This document shows, piece after piece, positions 54,617 through 58,487 of a stretch of 58,487 bases of DNA. The notes below the pieces were generated by a model that did no database searches, was not told where the DNA came from, and was given only the letters and a program-made list of their open reading frames with translations. The translations under genes and the position numbers were made by a program. Each line of letters opens with the position of its first letter. The first letter of the stretch is position 1. The DNA is taken from positions 1-58,487 of the forward strand of contig JASEHO010000001.1 in NCBI GenBank assembly GCA_030018505.1, in the 5' to 3' direction. The stretch comes from a bacterium (GTDB taxonomy: Bacteria; UBA9089; UBA9088; JAGUXG01).

Positions 54617-54629
54617 ATTTTATATTTAC

Positions 54630-55403
54630 CTATCTCTTCCAGAAGGCTTCACCCTTCTTCCACAAATAATTCAGATGCTCCATATCCCTTAAGGTATCCA
54701 TGCACTCCCAGTTACCTGAATGTTCATAGACCATAAGCTCACCCGAAGTAGCCAATTTTTCTAAAACATCCTTTTCAAGGTCGCAATTGGGGTCTTCTGT
54801 AAGATGGTCAAAAACTTTTCTGTTAAAAACAAAGAAGCCTCCATTTATAAGCCCTTCTGACACCTGCGGCTTTTCTGAGAAAGAGACTACTCTTCCATCC
54901 TTAGCTTTTATCTCTCCAAATCGAGATGGAGGTCTTACACCTGTAACTGTCGCCATCTTTTTATGGCAGTTATGAAAAGAAAGGAGTTTTTTTAAGTCTA
55001 TGTCTGCAACACCGTCCCCATAAGTGAGCATAAAGGTTTCATCTGGTATATACCCTTCAACCTGTTTTATCCTTGCCCCTTTTAGGGTATCCTCTCCTGT
55101 ATCAACCAGAGTAATTCTCCAGCCTGTCTCTTTATGTTTGTTATGAAGTTCTATCTTACTAAGCCCACCCAATTCTATAGTGAAATCTTGAGCCATTACC
55201 TCGTAATTGAGAAAAAAATTTTTTATCAGGTTCTTCTTATATCCAAGGGCTAAGATGAAGTCACAAAACCCAAAGCGGCTATAGATCTTCATAATATGCC
55301 AGAGGATTGGCCTACCCCCTATTTCCACCATAGGCTTTGGTTTTGTCTCTGTCTCCTCTTTGAGCCTGACCCCTTTTCCTCCACAAAGCAAGACTACTTT
55401 CAT
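54630..55403 (-). CDS. rfbF: Glucose-1-phosphate cytidylyltransferase
   Basis: MKVVLLCGGKGVRLKEETETKPKPMVEIGGRPILWHIMKIY. 257 aa. Confidence 0.85.
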   Translation of the reverse strand: MKVVLLCGGKGVRLKEETETKPKPMVEIGGRPILWHIMKIYSRFGFCDFILALGYKKNLIKNFFLNYEVMAQDFTIELGGLSKIELHNKHKETGWRITLVDTGEDTLKGARIKQVEGYIPDETFMLTYGDGVADIDLKKLLSFHNCHKKMATVTGVRPPSRFGEIKAKDGRVVSFSEKPQVSEGLINGGFFVFNRKVFDHLTEDPNCDLEKDVLEKLATSGELMVYEHSGNWECMDTLRDMEHLNYLWKKGEAFWKR

Positions 55404-55425
55404 TTAGAAGGGTAAAGTGAAAGAA

Positions 55426-56382
55426 TTACGAAAGGCTTAAAAGCGAGGCTATCTTGTCTGCAGTAGGCTTTGTCATCTCTTTTATTCTGGCAAGCATCTC
55501 TTTATTCTCTGGTCTTATCCTTGGAACAATCGCCTCAATCTTTTCTGCGGTAGTAAATGTATCCCATGAGACAGAAAGAAGGGGAATCTTTTTTCTCTCA
55601 GCCTTTTCAATTACGCTAATGGATGGCACAATATCTCCGGTAATAACTACGCAGGATGTTGGGGTAGATAAGGCAGATATAATAATATCCTCTCTATCTC
55701 CACCAGTGATGACACACTTATTTTTCTCCTGCAAGAAATATTTATTTGCATGCTCTACAGTCATAGCCCCAACCAAAATATTCTCAATTGCCTTTTCTAA
55801 ACCATCGTCTCCAGCAAGAATAGTGGCATAAAGCTCTTCGGCAATCTGTCTGGCAGAGAGGGTAGATAGACTACTTTCATAGGGAATCGCCCCTAAAAAC
55901 CCTTCTTTTTTTAGGTCTGACGCATCTGCCTTATTTAGCACTATCCCTAAAAGGCTGCTGTTCAGTCTCTCTGAAAAGAATGCCGCTTCATCCTCCCAAC
56001 CATCATCTTTTTCTATCAAAAGGAGGATTTTTCCTTCCAAAAGATGGGCAATATGTAAAGCAGAAAACCCCTTTTTATAGCCATAAAATATGTCTGATTC
56101 AACAGCCGTAATACTTTTGCCTTTGCTCACCTTCTTAAAGGCAGATTTTATCTTTTCCCCTGTCATATCTTCTTCCTGGCTTAAGCAAATCTCTGTTTCA
56201 GAAAAAGGAAGCTCCATGACCTTCTTTATTATTCTGGCATCTTCATCTATGCCTCTTTTACCCCAAACCTTCTTTATAAAAAGAGGCTTAAAATAGGAAA
56301 CATCTTGTAGGTTTAGAGCCATTCCCACTGATAATAGCGTCCTTCCACACCTATTTCTTCCAGCAATGATTATTGGTTTCAT
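55426..56382 (-). CDS. DRTGG-domain protein (phosphotransacetylase N-terminal-like)
   Basis: N-terminal P-loop-like IIAGRNRCGRT, plus CVITGGDREDIIISAL...VVITGD (DRTGG signature). Confidence 0.55.
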   Translation of the reverse strand: MKPIIIAGRNRCGRTLLSVGMALNLQDVSYFKPLFIKKVWGKRGIDEDARIIKKVMELPFSETEICLSQEEDMTGEKIKSAFKKVSKGKSITAVESDIFYGYKKGFSALHIAHLLEGKILLLIEKDDGWEDEAAFFSERLNSSLLGIVLNKADASDLKKEGFLGAIPYESSLSTLSARQIAEELYATILAGDDGLEKAIENILVGAMTVEHANKYFLQEKNKCVITGGDREDIIISALSTPTSCVVITGDIVPSISVIEKAERKKIPLLSVSWDTFTTAEKIEAIVPRIRPENKEMLARIKEMTKPTADKIASLLSLS

Positions 56383-56391
56383 AGAACAATT

Positions 56392-56421
56392 ATTTTATCA
56401 TTCTATCTTCGTTTCTGTCAA
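56392..56421 (-). promoter_or_regulatory. Sigma70-like promoter (minus strand): TTGACA-N18-TAAAAT, ending 9 nt before the ATG at 56382
   Basis: The reverse complement reads ttgaca gaaacgaagatagaatga taaaat aattgttct ATG. Confidence 0.4.
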
Positions 56422-56450
56422 TAGATAATTTCATTTAGAATAGATACTTC

Positions 56451-56480
56451 TTGACCAACACTTCTATCCTGTGATATAAT
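56451..56480 (+). promoter_or_regulatory. Sigma70-like promoter: TTGACC-N18-TATAAT, with a 17-nt leader carrying AAGGAGG
   Basis: -35 at 56451-56456, -10 at 56475-56480, SD at 56487-56493, ATG at 56498. Confidence 0.5.
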
Positions 56481-56497
56481 TCCAAAAAGGAGGAAAA

Positions 56498-56962
56498 ATG
56501 GAAACAGAAATAGAAGAGTTAATGGTGATTGCTCAAGCCGTATGCGAAAAGGTTATAGGGCTTATGGGAATTGAAGGCTATGTTACGGCAAAAAGGGCTG
56601 ATAACGATATTTTAGTAGAGATTAGTGGAGAGGATATTGGCATGCTTATTGGAAGAGAAGGGAAAACCCTTGATTCTCTCCAGTTTATCATCGGTCTAAT
56701 CTGTGCCAGAAAAAGCTCAAAGAAGAAAAGGGTTATCCTTGATATTGCAGGTTACAGAAAGAGGCAGATGGATAGACTGATGGACTTAGCAAAAAGAGCG
56801 GCTGATGAAGCCTCTACTACAAAATCTGAGGTGGCTCTGGAACCAATGCCTGCATATCAACGATATGCCATTCATTCTCTCCTTCAGGAAGATAAAAGGG
56901 TGACGACGCTGAGCCAGGGTGAAGGGGAAGAGAGGCAGATAGTGGTCATCCCTAATGAATAG
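56498..56962 (+). CDS. KH + R3H RNA-binding protein (Jag/KhpB-like, lacking the Jag_N domain)
   Basis: GMLIGREGKTLDSLQFI (KH GxxG motif) and MPAYQRYAIHSLL (R3H). Confidence 0.7.
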   Translation: METEIEELMVIAQAVCEKVIGLMGIEGYVTAKRADNDILVEISGEDIGMLIGREGKTLDSLQFIIGLICARKSSKKKRVILDIAGYRKRQMDRLMDLAKRAADEASTTKSEVALEPMPAYQRYAIHSLLQEDKRVTTLSQGEGEERQIVVIPNE

Positions 56963-57755
56963 TGTTGATATAGGCAATATAAAGGTAGGAGAATGTCCTA
57001 TTCTGATTGCAGGGCCTTGTGTGATTGAAAACCTGGATATCACCTACCAAACAGCGTCCTTTCTTTCTGAGATAACAACTCAGCTAAACATCCCCTTTAT
57101 CTTCAAATGCTCTTATGACAAGGCAAATCGCTCATCAATAGGCTCTTTTAGGGGGCCTGGTCTGGTAGAAGGGCTGAAGGTTCTTTCCCAGATAAAGAAG
57201 GACTTAAATCTTCCTATCACCACAGATGTTCATTGCCGAGAAGATGTAGATGAAGTAGCAGAAGTTGCTGACCTTATCCAAATCCCAGCCTTTTTGTGCA
57301 GACAGACAGACTTGATAATTGAGTCTGCAAAGAAAAAGCCAATAAACATCAAGAAGGGTCAGTTTCTCTCCCCTTATGATATGAAATATGTTGTTGAAAA
57401 GGCAGAGTCTGTTAACGGCAGACTCCTTATTACAGAAAGAGGAACCTCCTTTGGCTATAACAACCTGATTGTTGATTTCAGAGCCTTTCCCATTATGAGA
57501 GGCTTTGGTTGGCCTGTTATCTTTGATGCTACTCATTCTGTGGCTTATCCTGGTGGCGCTGAATCTGGCGGAGATAGAAGCTTTGTGCCTTATCTTGTGA
57601 GAGCGGCTATTGCCTGCGGAGCAAATGGTCTTTTTATGGAGGTTCATCCTCAGCCCGAAAAAGCCCTATCCGATGGACACAATATGGTAAGGCTCTCTGA
57701 GGTAGAAGGCATACTGCAAGAAGCAAAGAACATATATTCTGCTTTCAGTCCATAA
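56955..57755 (+). CDS. kdsA: 3-deoxy-8-phosphooctulonate synthase
   Basis: LIAGPCVIE, FKCSYDKANRSS, DATHSV. Confidence 0.9.
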   Translation: MNSVDIGNIKVGECPILIAGPCVIENLDITYQTASFLSEITTQLNIPFIFKCSYDKANRSSIGSFRGPGLVEGLKVLSQIKKDLNLPITTDVHCREDVDEVAEVADLIQIPAFLCRQTDLIIESAKKKPINIKKGQFLSPYDMKYVVEKAESVNGRLLITERGTSFGYNNLIVDFRAFPIMRGFGWPVIFDATHSVAYPGGAESGGDRSFVPYLVRAAIACGANGLFMEVHPQPEKALSDGHNMVRLSEVEGILQEAKNIYSAFSP

Positions 57756-57759
57756 AAGG

Positions 57760-57967
57760 GTAACCGTTCAGGTGGTGTAAGAAAAGGGGATATGGAGATT
57801 AAGGGGATAGGGATAAGGGGATATTTATTTTGGTAACTGGTTAAATGGTAACTGATGAATGGTAATTGGTAACTATTTAACCAATTATCAATCACCCGTT
57901 ATTTTACCATCTCCATATTTCCCTTATCTCCTTTTTTACACTTCTGATGGATAACCTAAACGGTTAC
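57760..57967. repeat. Hairpin element, copy G (near-twin of 34398-34590)
   Basis: gtaaccgttcaggtggtgtaagaaaaggggatatggagattaagggg...ttttttacacttctgatggataacctaaacggttac. It differs from copy F by an extra ~12-nt block and a few substitutions. Confidence 0.85.
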
Positions 57968-57976
57968 ATAAAAGGT

Positions 57977-58399
57977 TTATTTGAACCTAATTATCTCTGG
58001 GCCAGATAGGAGAGTCTCTTTTGAATAGAGAAGATTCGGCGAGAAGGTAGCAAGCTCATAATCTTTGGACATCTTAAGGGCATCCTTTGGACAGGCTTCA
58101 ACGCAAAATCCGCAAAAAATACACCTTTTTATGTCAAGTTCGTATGTAAGAACCCTCTTTTGATATTTTTCATCAGAAGATGCCGTTATTTTAATGGCAT
58201 TTGATGGACAGTATCTTGCACAGAGGCAGCAAGCTACACAATCTTCTAAATTCTCCTCATTAAGGACAAATCTATGACTACCTCTAAATCTATCTGGGGG
58301 TTCTCTTCTCTGGGTTGGATATTGAATGGTGACAGCTTTTGTCCATAGGTGGAAAAATGTGATACAAAGACCCCTGACCAATTCAAACATTGCCTTCAT
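57977..58399 (-). CDS. nuoI: NADH-quinone oxidoreductase subunit I (2x[4Fe-4S] ferredoxin)
   Basis: CVACCLCARYCP and CIFCGFCVEACP. Confidence 0.85.
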   Translation of the reverse strand: MKAMFELVRGLCITFFHLWTKAVTIQYPTQRREPPDRFRGSHRFVLNEENLEDCVACCLCARYCPSNAIKITASSDEKYQKRVLTYELDIKRCIFCGFCVEACPKDALKMSKDYELATFSPNLLYSKETLLSGPEIIRFK

Positions 58400-58432
58400 A
58401 TTAAAATTATAGAGAGAAGCCCTTTTTTATGC

Positions 58433-58487
58433 GTTGGATATTGAATGGTGACAGCTTTTGTCCATAGGTGGAAAAATGTGATACAAA
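58433..58487. repeat. 55-nt exact direct duplicate of 58314-58368, at the window end
   Basis: gttggatattgaatggtgacagcttttgtccataggtggaaaaatgtgatacaaa occurs twice, 119 nt apart. The second copy ends exactly at the last base. Confidence 0.9.

Overview
A 58.5 kb, visibly AT-rich contig from a diderm bacterium. The envelope genes lpxD, kdsA, lptB, skp and a giant outer-membrane protein support this, and it is probably an uncultivated lineage. No rRNA, CRISPR array, integrase or transposase was seen. Most of the window is housekeeping: valS, a greA-like gene, mltG, spoIID, pilT, rpsF, ssb, cimA, serA, folP, lptB, hisF, lpxD, skp, aroK, pyrE, rfbF, kdsA, nuoI, and four tRNAs (Ala-TGC, Ser-GGA, Gln-TTG, Asn-GTT). 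Accessory content sits between these genes. (1) The top candidate is a tightly packed three-gene minus-strand operon at 46322-53630. It encodes a PLD(HKD)-nuclease/SNF2 helicase fusion, a small DprA-like protein, and an 1182-aa Eco57I/PglX-like N6-adenine methyltransferase with a target-recognition domain. It shares parts with DISARM class 1, BREX and Type ISP enzymes but lacks the core genes of each. (2) Two type II R-M cassettes are present. One pairs a TdeIII-like endonuclease with an SPPY methyltransferase (5847-8293). The other is HTH + beta-class DPPY methyltransferase + an unknown 386-aa partner (24646-27012); it lies 44 nt after tRNA-Ser and is bounded by 32-nt inverted repeats. (3) A 2096-aa SprA-like outer-membrane protein. 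(4) An envelope glycan/lipid modification cluster downstream of lpxD. (5) At least ten copies of a hairpin-forming MITE/REP-like element family with GTAAC-type termini, placed exactly at gene ends. (6) A recurring promoter layout in which a near-consensus -35/-10 pair ends 6-9 nt before the start codon, which implies leaderless mRNAs. All functional calls come from reading motifs by eye; no database search was run.
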